A DNA stretch of 64,000 bases from Chrysemys picta bellii (Eukaryota). Of this stretch, positions 24,078 through 38,482 are shown in pieces; position 1 is the stretch's first letter; every line of letters begins with the position of its first letter. The stretch is taken from positions 86,552,001 to 86,616,000 of the forward strand of contig NC_088799.1 of assembly GCF_011386835.1 (NCBI RefSeq). Direction: 5' to 3'. A model generated the notes under the pieces. That model was not told where the DNA came from and made no database searches. It was given only the letters and a program-made list of their open reading frames with translations. The position numbers were made by a program, and so were the translations under genes.

Positions 24078-27000
24078 ACACCCTTCTCTGTGTGTGTGTG
24101 TCTGTGTATATACATAACTGAGAGAGAATCATTGATAGGAAGGGCAATTTACAAACAATTCATGATTAAAATATAAATCCATCTACCTCTTGCTAATTTT
24201 TTGTATGGTTTCTGGGGTGTTTGTTTTAGATGCACAGGTAATTTCCTCCAAAAAATATATATGATAGTGTCTAGGGACCACCCAGAAGAGGGCTCCCATG
24301 TGCTAGGTACTGTACAAACACACAGAGAGGCAGTTCCTTCCCCCAAAGAGCTTCAGTCTAAATAGACAAGACGGACAAACCGATAGGGGGAAGGGTAGAT
24401 ACACACAGCAGAGTGTTTAATGATATGGCTGCAAACTAGATGTTAATTTGTACAATAGTTTGTGGTTGATTGTACATATTCAGACACATTTGGTGCTATA
24501 TTTCATTGTTTCAGTGCATTCCATGAAGAGGGAAGAGGCATCTATCTGCAACCAAGGCACCCAAATACCCCTGAAAATCTGGGTTACATTTTCAGAAACA
24601 CCCAAGAGACCCATCCTCAGAAGTGACCCAGGAGCCCACATCTCATTGAAAGTCACTGCAACAGGGTCATCAAAGGATCCAACTGCTTTATAGAACAGTG
24701 TTACATACTCTGCATATACATTTTATGTACAAACGTGTGTAGTGTTTTAGATAAACGGTTCAGATGTCTGTTCTTGGCCCTGATCCTACTTCTCATAGCA
24801 GTAAAGTTAAGTGATTAATTCTTCTGTGCCTACTATGCTTTCCCTTGCAAAGCAGCAAGTTAGAGAAGTTGAAAGAGATTCAGTTACATGCAATTACTGT
24901 AATGATTGTAAAATACAGCTAAATACAATACCTCTGCTAGCTCCTGAGTGACATCCTGTGGTGCAGTTGCTGCATGACCCATTCATTTGTACCATTTATT
25001 TGGGGCCTAATCCTGCAAGCACTTGAGTGGTAACTTGACTCCCTCGAATTGTCTCATTCACTTAAGCTGCTGGGTGCTCAGCATTTGGAAAATCAGACTG
25101 TTTACTCAGGTGCCTAAATGAGTATTAGGTACCTAACTTTAGGCTCCTATTTTGTCCTCTGTTTTATGCCATTCACAGACTGCTCAGTTTCCAAAAATTA
25201 TTGGCACCCACATTCCATAGTGACCAGCACCTTATAAATATGCAGAACCTCACACAGTATGTTATATTTCAACAGGCTTTATGCATACGCTGAGGAGCAG
25301 AAGCTGAAAGGGAGAGATGCTAACTGATCCGCCAACCACAGCAGACACATACTAAGGGTAGGATTCACAAAGATACTTACGCACTTGAGTCCCATAGCAA
25401 CTCACAAGATTCCGCTCAGCTGCCACCTAGCCCTGTAGGCATTTAAACCCACTCCACCCCTAAGTTTTTCTCTTCTGGGACTGCACACTCACTATGTGCT
25501 TGGATAGCTGCCTTCTGCTTAAGCACCAGAGCAATTCACAAACCAGGAAAGATAAGTCTTCAGCTGCCCAAGTCACATATGGGGGCCTGATCTGGTAGGC
25601 AGGCTCTGACCACACCCTCCCTTCTAGTCTTTAGACTAGTGGCTAGGGTACTCACCCACTATGTAGAGACCCCTGGTTCAAGTCCTCACTCCTCCTGAGA
25701 GGGAGCAGGGATCTGCAGCCTCTCAGGTGAATGCCCTAGCCACTAGCTATGGAATATTCTGATATGGGTTTCCCCTCAATATCTCCTACTGACGTTGTTC
25801 CACCTTAAACAATGGAATACCAAATCATAATTGAACCAGAGAAAGAGTAGCTTACACCGTCCTACCTCACATGATCCAATGAAATATAAGGCAATACAGT
25901 GAAGTCAATAGTTACAGCATAAGTGCACAGCACATCAATCGTTATCTCAGTGACTGATCCAGAACCATCGTTAGGCACTCAGCCTATACCGTCACTTCAA
26001 AAAAGGTAGGGTTTTAACAGTGAGATATCAAAGTCCAGAGTCTGGACATGGACTATGTCTTCCTATAAGTGTGTATATAATAGACTAGTACGGAGGGAGA
26101 GGAGGGCTCCAATACTGACCGGTGCCTCTGGATGCTACTGCAATACAATTTCCAAATAATAAAGTGCACACAGTATAAGAGCACTAGTCGTTATGATCAT
26201 TTATACCTTCCTAGCTATAGAGGAGAACTGAAAGGCCATGAGAGACTAAGCCACCATCCCCGCATACTACCATATATTAAATGTCCATGAGTTCTCTTAA
26301 GCGAATGGGGTGGTACTGAATGAGGACAAGTAGCATAGGCCAACTGACGACACATGGAAAGTCATGGGCCTCCAATGGCAGGTCATGACAGGGGGCTCAT
26401 GTTTTGTTTGCCAGTTTTGAAGTGCTTTTTCTTTTTCATTTTCTCAGTTTGGATGTTTTGCTCTGGAATTCAGCAACTGACATTTTATTTGCTATTTTTA
26501 ATACAAAGTCACCATGCATAAAAATTACATTTTTGCCCCACATACTTGCTATAGTATGCAAAGCAATCTGCTGTTAATAAAACAGAAACTAATCCCCAGA
26601 GGAAATGAATGTGCTTAGGAACCAAGAGCTTAAAGAGAAAAAAAAAATAAAAACTGCTGCATTTGAAATAATGACAAGAAAGTGAACGAAAACTAATTCC
26701 TCTCAAAGTTAGGCAATTTTTATATCATGCTACTGATATCCTTAATGAAGAATGATGCATTTATTCACCATCGTGTATTTTTACTTTAGCTTATGCTGTA
26801 CAATAATAAACATCTGCTTTCTAAGTTAGTGAGTGGAATGATGGGTTAGCTACTCACATTTCCACAGCAGGTCAACTACTAAAGGTTTGTTCGGGTGCAG
26901 CTAGCAGAGTGTTGTACTTGTGGGAAAGGACTGCTCAAAAGTGGAAGTGTTCCAGAGAGTCTTCAGTCCAGCTGGGTTGTTCTCCTGAAAAATCCAGATG

Positions 27001-27449
27001 AAGGATTCAGAGAAGGCAACCCAGTGTGGGGATCCAAGCAGAGTTACTGTCTGAGTCAAGAAACAAGGCTTAATCTGAAAGCACCCTTTGGCATGTGTCA
27101 CTTGTATAAGAGAATGATGGCAAGTGACTGAAATAAGGTAGAAAGCAATGGCGAGATTGCCGACTTTTCACAATCTAAAGGAAAAGGGGGGAGATTTTTT
27201 TGCTCATCTCTGGGCACCAGCTGCAAAAGGTGTAATGGGGAATACCATGGTTGCTCTTTCAGGCCCTGATCCTGCAAAACAGGTACACATGCTTATCTTC
27301 ACTCATTCTTTGTATTACAGTAATTCTTAGAGGCCCCAACCAAGATTCCAGCACCATTGTGCTGAACCACTGTATATACACATATTAAGAGAGAGTCCCC
27401 AAAGAGCTTACCATTTAAATAGACAAAGGTGGAGGGGAACAGCACAAAG

Positions 27450-27557
27450 ATTAAGTGACTTGCCCAAAGTCACACATCAGGAGAATGGCAAAGCAAGGGA
27501 CAGAGATTAGGTCTCCTGAGTCCCAGTCAAAGGGTTTATCCACAGAATCACGCTGCC
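27450..27557 (-). mobile_element. MIR/CORE-type SINE fragment
   Basis: gattaagtgacttgcccaaagtcacac...ggtctcctgagtcccagtc. Confidence 0.65.
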
Positions 27558-28555
27558 CTGAGTGTGTTCAGGAAAAGCAAGACCTCCGGGAACTGCCCAT
27601 GAGCAAGTGGGGAAAAGAAGAGTCCATCACAAGGTCCTTATTCAGGCAAATCTCTCACTGAATCATCTTGTAATACTCTTTACATGAGGTTGTTGAAATA
27701 ACTAGCCAGGAGTCTGGTGTGAGCCAAAGAAATCCTATTGTGAAAGAATAATTATTTCCCCTCTCGAAAGATCAAAGGGTCCCTAAATACATTTATAGAC
27801 TACCAAGAGCTCAACAGCATCCCATAACAGGAGACAATTAGATCTGCTGAGGGGGAAAGAAAGTTATTCGTGTCATTTTAAATGTTAGTGAATTTATTGC
27901 AGGCAAAATGTGCCTTGCAGGCATCAGCCCTGGAGACTGAAATGCTCAGACTATCCATAGACCATGCACAGCACAGAAAGCAGGAGTGCAGGCTTCTCTG
28001 TCACACTGCCCCAGCCAATGTATCTGACACCTGGAGGCACCTGCTCTGGAGGGTGTTGGGAGGGGAAGGGTTCAGGTTCCTTGCTCCATGTAAACATTGT
28101 TTTCGCTGAACCTCTTATAATTTTATTGCACCCAGATAAGTCTAAGCATGTTTTCTGTTGCTCTAGGGACTGAAAGTGTTAGCTTACAATATAGAGGCCA
28201 GATTCCAGTCTCAGTTACCAGGGTGACACTCCAATCTTACACTGATGTAATTGAGCCTGGAATCTGGTCCCCACATTGTAAGTAAACACATTGTCAATGG
28301 AGTCACCAGTGCCACAGGTCAGAACCAGGCCCTGTAGGTTTTGATGCCTCCTGGAAGCCTGATGACATGCCAATTCACCGATGCTCACTGCTGGTTGTGT
28401 TTTTGTAAATGTACGCCATACAGTACAACAACAAGACAACTCAGTTTACTCTTTTCTGATGGTAATTGTTAGTTGGGAACAAAGACCCTTGCCCCCAATG
28501 TGTGCGCTAACTTGAACAAGTTGTTGTGTAATTGCTTCCTGGCAATATCTGTTTT

Positions 28556-28574
28556 CCACCACTAGATGTCAGTG
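28556..28574 (+). promoter_or_regulatory. Candidate CTCF motif
   Basis: CCACTAGATGTCAG versus consensus CCASYAGRKGGCRS (one mismatch). Confidence 0.4.
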
Positions 28575-29904
28575 TTTGCATTAGTAGGAACAGCAACTCT
28601 CAGGACAGGAGACCAGTTTTAAATATTCATGGTTAATGCCTCCTTTTATTCTTGTGGGGCTTTGCTTTTCATATTTTGTTTATTTAATAAGTTACTTCAT
28701 GATATGGTGAATTACAAAGCCATTTAATGGACTTTTGCTACAACCAGCAGAATGCCAGTAAAATTAAATGAGGCATCTTCATCAAATTCTTTTTACATTT
28801 TTTATTATAAGCTTAGCAGGACATATTTCGAAAGTAACGTGTTTATGCTCCAACTTTAATCACAAAGGCAAAACAACAACTTCAGCTACGAATTTTCTTT
28901 TTCAAACTATATCATAGCTATGAAACCCCATTAAACAGCTATCATCTCCCTCACCCATTTAAAGCGCAATAACTCCCTGTAACCTTTTCTGCTTCATTTA
29001 GATACCAATTTTAAAAAAATTAAGCCTCAACAACATCTGAATGGAATGATCCTGCTCCCATTTAAATCAAAGGGACTTTTACAATTGACTTCATTTGGAG
29101 TAGAACTGGTGCCAAACAGTGGTTAATTTACAGGACAGAGTTTTCGAAGGATCATTTCCCTCAGTCATATTATATTCTGGTAAATAACCCTCCATGAGGG
29201 ACTTTGCTGTTCTTTCATTGCTGTCTCTCAGCCAAGCAAATTAATACAAGAAACAGATGCACCTTCAAACCATCTTCTGTCGTCACTGAGGTTCTAAGAA
29301 AGATCTAAGAGTCCCACCAGCAACCACAGCGAGATTAGTGTCCTCTAAGCCTGTGGCTAATTTACAAAAGGCCAAGAATTTACATTAGGAGTGTGGTTTT
29401 GCTCATTCTCAGACTGGTGCAAATGAGAAGTAAGACTCTATGGAAGATAGCTGAGTTACTGACATAAGACCAAAGTTAGATCAGATTCAGGCCCAAGTTC
29501 TGTATGTTATTTCAAGACCGTAATTAGTGAGACGTTATCTCCTCCTCTGGCTATTTTGTGTCCCAAATATCCAGAGATATTAGGCCCTCCATAGAGAAAA
29601 TGGCTAGAACTGGAGTAACATGCTATGACAATAATGAAGTATCCTAGGAGCTTTTGCAGTGAGACACAGAGCAGGTGTCCTTCTCTACAGCAGACAATTA
29701 GAGAATATAGAGCTCTGAGCATAGAGAACCCCTGTTTTAGTCAGATGCAAGAACAAGACCTCAGAGTGGTTATTTCAATGCTGATGAACCACATCTTCAG
29801 AGACCGATTTTTTTATATTCAAACCTTGAGAGAAATATAGAAAAGTGAATCAAGTTCTTTGTGGGATTGAGAGAGTGAATCTACTCGTTTAATAATAGTA
29901 ATGA

Positions 29905-30115
29905 GCATGTTTAATCTCCAAAGCACTTTACAAACATTTACTAATTAATCCTCATAACATTCCCAAGAGGTAGATACTTTAGTATGTTCATTTGACAGAT
30001 GGGGAAGCTGGGAGGGGTCAAGTGACTTGTCCTGGGCCATAATGGCACAGTTGGAATTAGAACTCAGGAGTACCTGACTCCTGGTCCAATGCTCCAAGCA
30101 CTAGACCATACCTTT
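29905..30115 (-). mobile_element. MIR/CORE-type SINE
   Basis: ctaattaatcctcataac...ttgacagatggggaagctg...aagtgacttgtcc...ctgactcctggtcc. Confidence 0.65.
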
Positions 30116-32434
30116 CTCTTAGGATAGTGCTCCCAAAATGCCAATGACCCACATAACTCATTAGTAAGATGGTTGCCAAGTGTAAAGAACAATGTGACAG
30201 ATCATCCCCTAAGGATCTGTGCACATAAAGGACCCCCTACATGGCACCCATCCCTCCTGCAAAGAAGGGGTGAGGTTCTGCCATCTCCACAGCACTGTTT
30301 CCTTCCTCCTCCACACCCCCTGGAGGACTAAGGTTTTGGAAATGTACATGGGGGAAGGAGAGGCTGGGATGAGTCTGGATGTAGTAAGTTCATCATTTCC
30401 TCCACTTCAGAATTTCCCACGAAAATTAATACAGTCTGGCCCCCCTTCCTTGCATAGGGAACCCCCTTTTATGGGTAATCCCAGGATCAGCTGTTGCCTG
30501 AGGGCCCCAGAGTTGCCATAGGGAGATGGGTAGGAGCTGCCTTTACACTAACCCAGAATGCCTCTGCACTGTGGGGAGGAGGGGCGGGAGTCCCTACCAG
30601 CCCCTTTAATTCCTTTATGCTGCTCTAACTTTGCAAAGGGGCCTTAGGCAGAGTGGAGGATTTTTAGGGGCCTTTCCTTAAAGGTCATTTGGTGCCTTAA
30701 TATAATTTAAATAAAATCTGAAGTTGGTCCAAACGTGTGAGCATTTTTGAAATTTCAAAATGGTTTGTTTTGAAGTGTTTGAAATGACCCTACTTTCAGT
30801 TAGTTCAAAATTTGTCATGATTTTTAAAAAGTCAAAAGCACAATGTCAAATGGTTATTTGCATTTTTATTTCTCAAAAAACATAGTAAGCAGTTCAATAA
30901 TGTTGACTACACATATACATTCTTAAAGGCACAGCATTTTTCACAAACAAAAAGAAGAGATGTCCCGCCCTCCCCCCCCAAAAAAAGTTGTTGCCAAATG
31001 CAATTTTTCATGAAAAATTGTAACCAGTTTTACTCAAACCAAAATGCAACATAAATTGGTAACTTGCCAAATAAACGCAAGAGCCATTACAATAACACCA
31101 GCATCCCACTCCTCACACAACCCCAGCATATACACGATTAGCAAACTAAAAAGAAATCATATTGAGCCATCAGCCCAGAAGGATGCCACAGATGTGGTCT
31201 GGTGAACAGTGATTAGAATATTTCTATCTGAATCTATACTTGCAAAACAAGGACTTGTAATTCACCCCCAAACATAGTGGCAGAGGAGGCTGTAGTGCAG
31301 TCTGGACAGATATCTTTACCACCCTGACATCTAACCTTGCCCTGTAATTAACTGAAGAGTCACACACATTTCAGCTGGTTTGGCTGCTTCAACTAATGAG
31401 TGGCTCAGGACTCAACTAGTGTGGATCCTGAATTACCTGCCACTCATGGATTAGTCCTTGTGGTTACATGCAGCAAGACAGGTGCAGAATTGTGGTAGTG
31501 TGTGTTAAATGGGAAAGAACACAAAGAGAGGGCCATGTTCCAATCTGGTGCAACTCACTGACTTTAATCACACACACTGAATGTTTTGGGTGGCTAGCCA
31601 TATAAAAACAAAACCTTGAAGTTCCTGTATGTCCATTACCCGAGACACAAAATGCTTGACATTTTAATTAAGATCTACAGTATCAATATCACAAAATTAG
31701 TCTGAAGTTACAAGAGCAGGATCCAATCTGATTGTAAAAACATGGTTATTCAATTGATGGCCAGCACTCAGTCATAACCAGAGCTGGGTTAGGACCAGGA
31801 GTCCAAGTTCAAGACTGGGGAAAATAAGAAACCAAGGGAAACTGTCTTCTCAAATAATCCTAGGAGGAGCTGTGATTTTAGCGTGAAAGAATGGAGTGCA
31901 GCTTTAAAGTAGCCAAATGAAAATCCTGCTGCCATAATTTCCCCGTAAGATAAAAGCAGACTTGATCTCGTAATACTGGCCTCTGACGTGTGGTTTTATT
32001 GGGACTGTCCTCCATATTAAAGAAAAAAATCACTCCACTTTTAATATTCAAGATTACTCCAATACGTATGCATTACAGAATTTGTCTGGGCTAATCCTTT
32101 CCTGGAAATAAAGTTCCCTAGTGTAAATGTTGAAGGCGAACGGAAAAAGGAAAAAAATGGAAAAGTGATTTTGGTTCCTATATCAGATCACTTTTTAAAT
32201 ACTTTTCCTGCTTGTTTTTTTATACTTGAAATATCCGATTCTTATTTCCTCTCTAAGGAGGGCAATGGCAAGATCTCTGCAGGACCTGATGATGTCAAAC
32301 AAAATTGTAGCTTCACCTCCCCACAGCTGTGGGTGGAGGAGATTCAGAAGCATGTGACATAGTGAAATCAACTGGAAAAAAACAGATGCCTCTAAGAACA
32401 GAATATGGGCTTAACTATGGAATGAGCTTAACTA

Positions 32435-32660
32435 GAGGTAGTGTTGTCCAATGGACAGAGCACTAGACCGGAACTCAAAAGATAGGTTTCTGTTCTCAAT
32501 TCAGCCCTGGTCTGCTGGGTGATTTTGAGCAAATCACTTGTCTTCTCTGTGCCTCAGTTTTTCCCTCTATACAATGGAGACAATGAAACTTACCTCATTT
32601 GTAAAGCACCTTGAGATTTACTGATATAAAAGTGATACAAGAGCTAGGTATTATTGCCGC
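32435..32660 (+). mobile_element. MIR/CORE-type SINE
   Basis: gtccaatggacagagcactagac...ttgagcaaatcactt...ctctgtgcctcagtttttccctctatacaatgg...tttgtaaagcaccttgag. Confidence 0.65.
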
Positions 32661-32815
32661 AAATGGATTCATATGCTGCAACATAAGAATTTCCTTGTAC
32701 TTAAGTTATAGGGTCATAGATCCTGAAGTATTTCTCTTACTAGTGCGAGCAGCTGGTCAAAAAAATGGTAGCAAAAGAACCAAAGAGCAAATTCATGGAT
32801 GTCATCAGTGACTGT

Positions 32816-33081
32816 GGGTATGTTGACACGGCAATAAAAGACCCACAGCACTGCCACGGCTGACTCGGGCTGTAGCTGCGAGGCTAAACACTTCAGCATA
32901 GACATTAGAGCTCGGGCTCTGAAACCCAATGTGAGGGGAATGGATCTCAGAGCCCAGGCTTCAGCCCAATCCCCAATGTCTGCAATTTTTAGTCCCAGTC
33001 TGAGCCCCATGAACCCGAGTCAGTTGACCCAAACTTGGAGACTCCGTGCCACAGGTTTTTTATTGCAGTGTAGACATATCC
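32816..33081. mobile_element. Harbinger-type MITE
   Basis: GGGTATGTTGACACGGCAATAAAA / TTTTATTGCAGTGTAGACATATCC termini; internal inverted repeats. Confidence 0.7.
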
Positions 33082-34114
33082 TGTAAGTCCACTGATATCA
33101 GTAGACTTGCACCTGTTTACATGGTGAATCTCATCCCTGGGATACTTGGTCAAAAATAGGAGATTTATATTTGTGAATGAAAAGGGGCTAGAGCTCTTCA
33201 GTGATAGAGCCAGGAGTGAGTTCTCACCTCTCCTCTCAGATAAAGTAAGTGTCCTAACTGATCAACCATCGTGGATCTAGCTATTAAGAGTTGTGAAGTA
33301 TTACAAATGGTGGGAACACCAAGAATACTGTTCAGAAATTATAAAAGCATATGGTGGCAATGGAAAAACAAGGTGTATTTGATGCATTAAAAAGATCTTC
33401 ATCCTATAAGGGATGTGTTTAAATTGTGACATCTATATGTATGGACACAGTTCTATAGTCCTTACTCTTTTTTTTACTTTACTGGAAACAGCATCCAAAG
33501 CTGTGGACCAGATTCTGATTTCACACCAGTTTTACACCACTGACTGAAATTGAATCCTGCCTCATTTAAATGGTATAAGGGAGAGGATAATCAGCTCCAA
33601 TATTTCTACATTAGGCAGGTGTTTGTCATGAGAAAACTATTATTCACTGATAAAAGGAAAAGCAGGTAATAATGTGTTAAAAATAAGATGGAAAATATAA
33701 AACCCACTCAGGCAACCAACACCCCCTTCAGCCTATGAAATCACAGCTCCCACCCCCCACCCCCCAAACCATGAATCCCCCTACAAGGAGACACCAGCCT
33801 GGAAAATTACCAGGTCACCAAAACCTTGCAAGAGAGACTCACAAAGGAATCATTCTAACAGTACACATTCCCTGGGGGCAAAGCCCACCCCAATGCCAAC
33901 AATGAGTAAGCAACACTTATCCCCTCCGTGCAGGCCTTAATTCAGCTGTAGCAGTTCTAAGGTGCTCACCTCCCTGGTATCTAATCTTCATTGATCTTAA
34001 AATGGCCTGGAGGGCTTTGCATGGGTTTCTTGAACTGGGTTCATTGTCACCCTACTAGACTATGGCCTCTTATTGAAACAAATATCCAATATTTAGCACA
34101 TCCAGACATTAACT

Positions 34115-34265
34115 AATTAAAGCCAACCATCCCTGTGGGGTGGGCATTATCCCCATTTTATAAATGGGGAACACTGAGGCACAGAAAGGTTCAATGACTT
34201 GCTCAAGTATACCATGAGCAATAGATAATAGAGAAAAAAAAACAAGAGTCCTGATTCCTGCTTTT
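34115..34265 (-). mobile_element. MIR/CORE-type SINE
   Basis: attatccccattttataaatggggaacactgaggcacagaaaggttcaatgacttgctcaag. Confidence 0.7.
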
Positions 34266-37200
34266 GGGGTTGGATCCCTGGAAAACACTGAGACCAGCAA
34301 ACCATGTCAGAAGCGTGGTATATGCTTCAGCAAGATGGAGAGAGAATAGGAGGGCTCACCAGAGACCTAGTGTGGGTTTCCCACCACAGAGAAGAAGAAC
34401 CCAGAGGAAGAAGAGCACCACACCGTGCAGGAGAAGCCTTCCCAGACTGCTAAAAGCTTGCTAAATGCATGCTTGCTGCAGTCAGAGTGCTAGCCTGAAG
34501 CCATTTAAAGGGGAAATATACCTATTAGCATTAAACCCAAAGGTGCTGGATTAGGATATTTGTAATGGAATCAGAATCATTGGGGCTTGGCCATCTTCAC
34601 AGAGTTATCCTAAAGCCAGAAAAAATTAGCAAAGTTAAAATAGGAAATCGCCCTGCCTCTGAGCACTACCCCAAACCATTTACCAGCTCTGAGATGGACC
34701 CTAAGGATTCCCTACCTCCAGCTTCAGGCTGGCTGCTGCAGGTCAGGACTGAGGTGTGTTAGCAGAACAACACGGGGGATTGCAGTTTAATGGATGCTGC
34801 AGTTTAAGATTACTGAGATGTTTTGGCAAAGCTGCGTGTGGGGCTCAGGACTGGAATAGCAGGGGACTGACGTGTACTGGCAGACCTATGTAGTGAATCT
34901 TGTCCAGAACCTGTTTATGCTGTGTCTGCTTTAACCACCGCTCTTTATTCCTCCCTTTCATAAACAACAAGCTGACCAACAAAGGTCGGAATGAAAACCT
35001 GACATGATACTAAACAAACAATTTTTCAAAGGGTTATTTTGGAGCTACCCAGCGAGAGAATGGTTAGCTAGCTCCTCCTGGGCTACATTGTGCAATCCTT
35101 ACTCACACCACAGACTTCAGCGGGGCTACTTGTGAGAGCAAGTACTCCCCAGTCTAGCCCACTGCAATCAGGCGCATGGAATCACAAGGTCATAGGATTG
35201 TATCACGCAGCCATTTTGGAGATCAGAAACAGCTCAAATGAATATGGTCCAGCACCTCTCCTCTTTATTTCAGGGTGATAATTAAAAAAAAAAAACCCCT
35301 TCACCTTTCCCCTGGAATTGGGGGAGCAGGAGGAGATGTCTGCTTGCATCTGTGACCCTGGCAACTTTTCACAAGCAAAGACAGCTGAGTCACTAATATT
35401 TACAAAAATACCACAATTGACTGTATTCGGCCCTGCGGAGAATGCCTGCTGGGTATTCACAGCTAAACATTAGCAACTCAGCCATTTCTGGCAGCCTTTG
35501 TGAAGGGCTGTAGATTCAATTCGATGACCTCCAACAAACCCGTTTCCTCTGCAAGTATCTTAAAAAAAAATACATTAAATCCCTAATAGATCCACTGAAA
35601 CGGGAGGAGACAACCCTTCCCAGCCTCAGTGGATGTCCCAGATCACCCTGCAGACCCAGTCATATGACTTGCCTGGATGCTGTGTGCATTGGCTCTGTTA
35701 TCACCATTGCCTAATGTGATTTAGTGCTGTCTGTAATGCATTATTTAAACATGAGAATGTGAAAATGCAGCAGTTGGATATGGAATAGGATGTGAAATAC
35801 TGTTGAAAAGCTAAAACATGCTGTATGCAGGGTTTTTATTTTTTTAAGGACTACTTTGACACGTTTTTATATCCTTGGACAATTTTTTTCTCCATTAGCC
35901 ATTAGAGTCTTAATTTAAAAGGCACAGCAGGGAATAGCTAGATTCAGTGCTTTGTATTATATATAAGTTGATATATAATACAGTCGAATAGGAATCTAAA
36001 TATTTATTTCCTGGATGTCTGCACTGTATAAAGTAATTTATTTACTAAAAAGTAAATACAAGTCTCATTTCGAGAGTTCTGTTTCTCAATTAAGATGTTA
36101 TGACAATGATATGGACAATATTTGCTGATGCCACCACAATCAAATCAATTAACACCTCATTTATACCTTACAATTGCTTCTTATGCTGTACAGAAGATTT
36201 CTAATTCAGCTTCTAAATGGACCAATTGTTTGGGCACCCTTCTGTCTCTGCAGACTGCAGAGATTTCATTGAGACCAACACATTTGCTTTGATAAATTTG
36301 TTTTTAGTGCATGCGGCTTCCTGTTTATCTAACCTAGCAAAACCTGACCAACTACCAACCCTTAGTCTTCCTCACACAACATTACAATGCAGCACTAGTT
36401 CTCCAAGAAGACTCCCCAGAGAAATGTTTAGCGAATAAAGTTTGTCAAGAATATAGCCCATTGTCTGGGTTACCAAAAGATATTAATTCAATGACAACAA
36501 AATGATCTGGATACGAGCTGTGATGAGACTGACTATTATATATAAGATGTGTAAGACATACTAACTAGGTGGTTACATAGAGGAAACTTTTAAACACATA
36601 TAGTGTAAATTGGAATGTGGAACAGAGACACTGCATGGAGTGTAGTCCTGATTCCCCCCCCCCAAACATTCCCTGCTGAGCAGTGCCACAATTAATCAAG
36701 GTTTCTAGGTTTTAGTTAATTGCTGGACCCCAATAAATTGGTTTGTACTGGCTTTGGTCCAGGCCTGATAATTTCGCAGCCTTGAGTTTGGAAACTGCTG
36801 CACATTCACACAGGAGCCTGCAAGGAGGGAGCTGGGATCGAAAGAATAAAAGAAACACTTGTTGTGCTAGGCTCTGAAAAAGCCCGTCCACCAGTGACCA
36901 TGTCCTTCACTGTTTATTTTCTCCATATATCTTATAATGTTTTTTATGATGGAAAAAAAAACTCCTTTATTTTAAACTCTCTCTGGAGATAGTTGTTCTC
37001 AAATGGGGTGCCTCTAATTTCACCAGTTTCCCCTTGGAAATTTCCACTCAACTTATCCTCGGCTGAAAAGTTCAGCGAAGCTTTTTGAGAATGGTCTAAA
37101 AACATGACCCCGTCTGCATCTCTGATTGCCTGCAAGGTTCACAGATTTCTGCCAAGCAGAAGATCAATGCTTACTGCCTTATAAACCAGGCCAGAGGAAT

Positions 37201-37865
37201 AACCTAGGGGCAAAGAGGCCTGGTGCCACTGGTTCCATAAACTGGCCCAAAATTAGCTCTTTGTGAGCAACCTTAGGTACCGGAATAAAAGAGACTATGA
37301 AGAAAATTGCAATGGTGTTTACAACATGGGCATGCTCAGAATCAGAGAGACTGGGGACACTGTTGAGTAGGAAGTCTGGTGTCTCAGGCTTTGTTCTAGA
37401 GTAAATACATTATATTGTTATTAACGTGAAAGAAAAGATGATCCAGGGAAGGGCTAAGTGCTTTCAAGTCCCACTGGCCTCCATGCTCAGCACCTAGCAG
37501 GTCCTGGCCCATGCTAGCAAATATTTGACTTTGTTCTCCTTAGAGAAGTCTCATTTTGGCAATTTCAAAAGCTCTCTCACACCAGCAAGTCTCTGTGCAA
37601 GAGTTACATAAAGTTTGAGGTGTTGTCAACTTTGGCTCAGAGAGACAAGATTAGCAGCATTACTCATGGTTTTATAAAATCATATTTAAATTGAGATTCA
37701 GGGCCATATTCAGTCCTCCTTACTAACTCAGTATTGCTTTAGAAAGATGAACTGGATAGGGCTATCTCAGCTGCAAAGAGACCCCAATCAGCAACTACTT
37801 CTATATCATAGCATAATTCTATGCACTCTTAACCTGCAAGGCTAGCCAAGGCAATCTATTAGTCA

Positions 37866-38482
37866 TGTTTTGCACCTGGGTAGGTGAGTAGCTAATTGGC
37901 CCCCAGCCAGCAGGCACAAGTTAAATAATAAGTACACTAAAGGTACTCCATTGATGGGCGAAAGATAGCAAAGGAAACAGGGTCTCTCCGGCAGAGAGAA
38001 GCCCAGGATTAGGGTACACAAAGCCTACAGGAGCAGCCTACTACAGGGTCAGGATACTAACAAGGGCAGTCAGGGCCAAGGATCAAAGCAGAGGCAAACC
38101 TGAGGCTAGGAGTAACCAAGGAGTTCATAGTCAGTTTCAGGCCGGAGTCAATACCAAGGGTCAGAGTTCAAGTCAGGAGGCAAAGTCCAAAACAAGCCAA
38201 GAGTTAAAGAACACAAGCAGCCATGGCACCCATAGGAGACCAACACTGTTACCAGGACACTTCCTGGTATGCCCCTTGGGTTTATAGGTCAGGGGGCCAA
38301 TCAGGAGCCATGGGGCTGCTGCCTGTCTAACCCTTGAGGCAGAACTTCCTATAGGCTGTGTCCACAGTGGGTCATGGGAAGCAGAGCATAAGCTAGTAAT
38401 AGTTGCTGCTGGGTGGCAGTCTGGGGCTGTTAACTACCTAATAGCTCTACAGACCTGGGCCCTAGACCCATAGAGCATTACA
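37866..38482 (-). mobile_element. Possible degenerate Gypsy-type LTR
   Basis: TG...TTACA limits, short internal (g)tcagg/agtc repeats, then tttata and ccaatcagg motifs; no TSD found. Confidence 0.3.

Noticed and set aside
25636-25700. tRNA gene
   Set aside because: A/B boxes are present but there is no cloverleaf or acceptor stem; it is SINE-derived.
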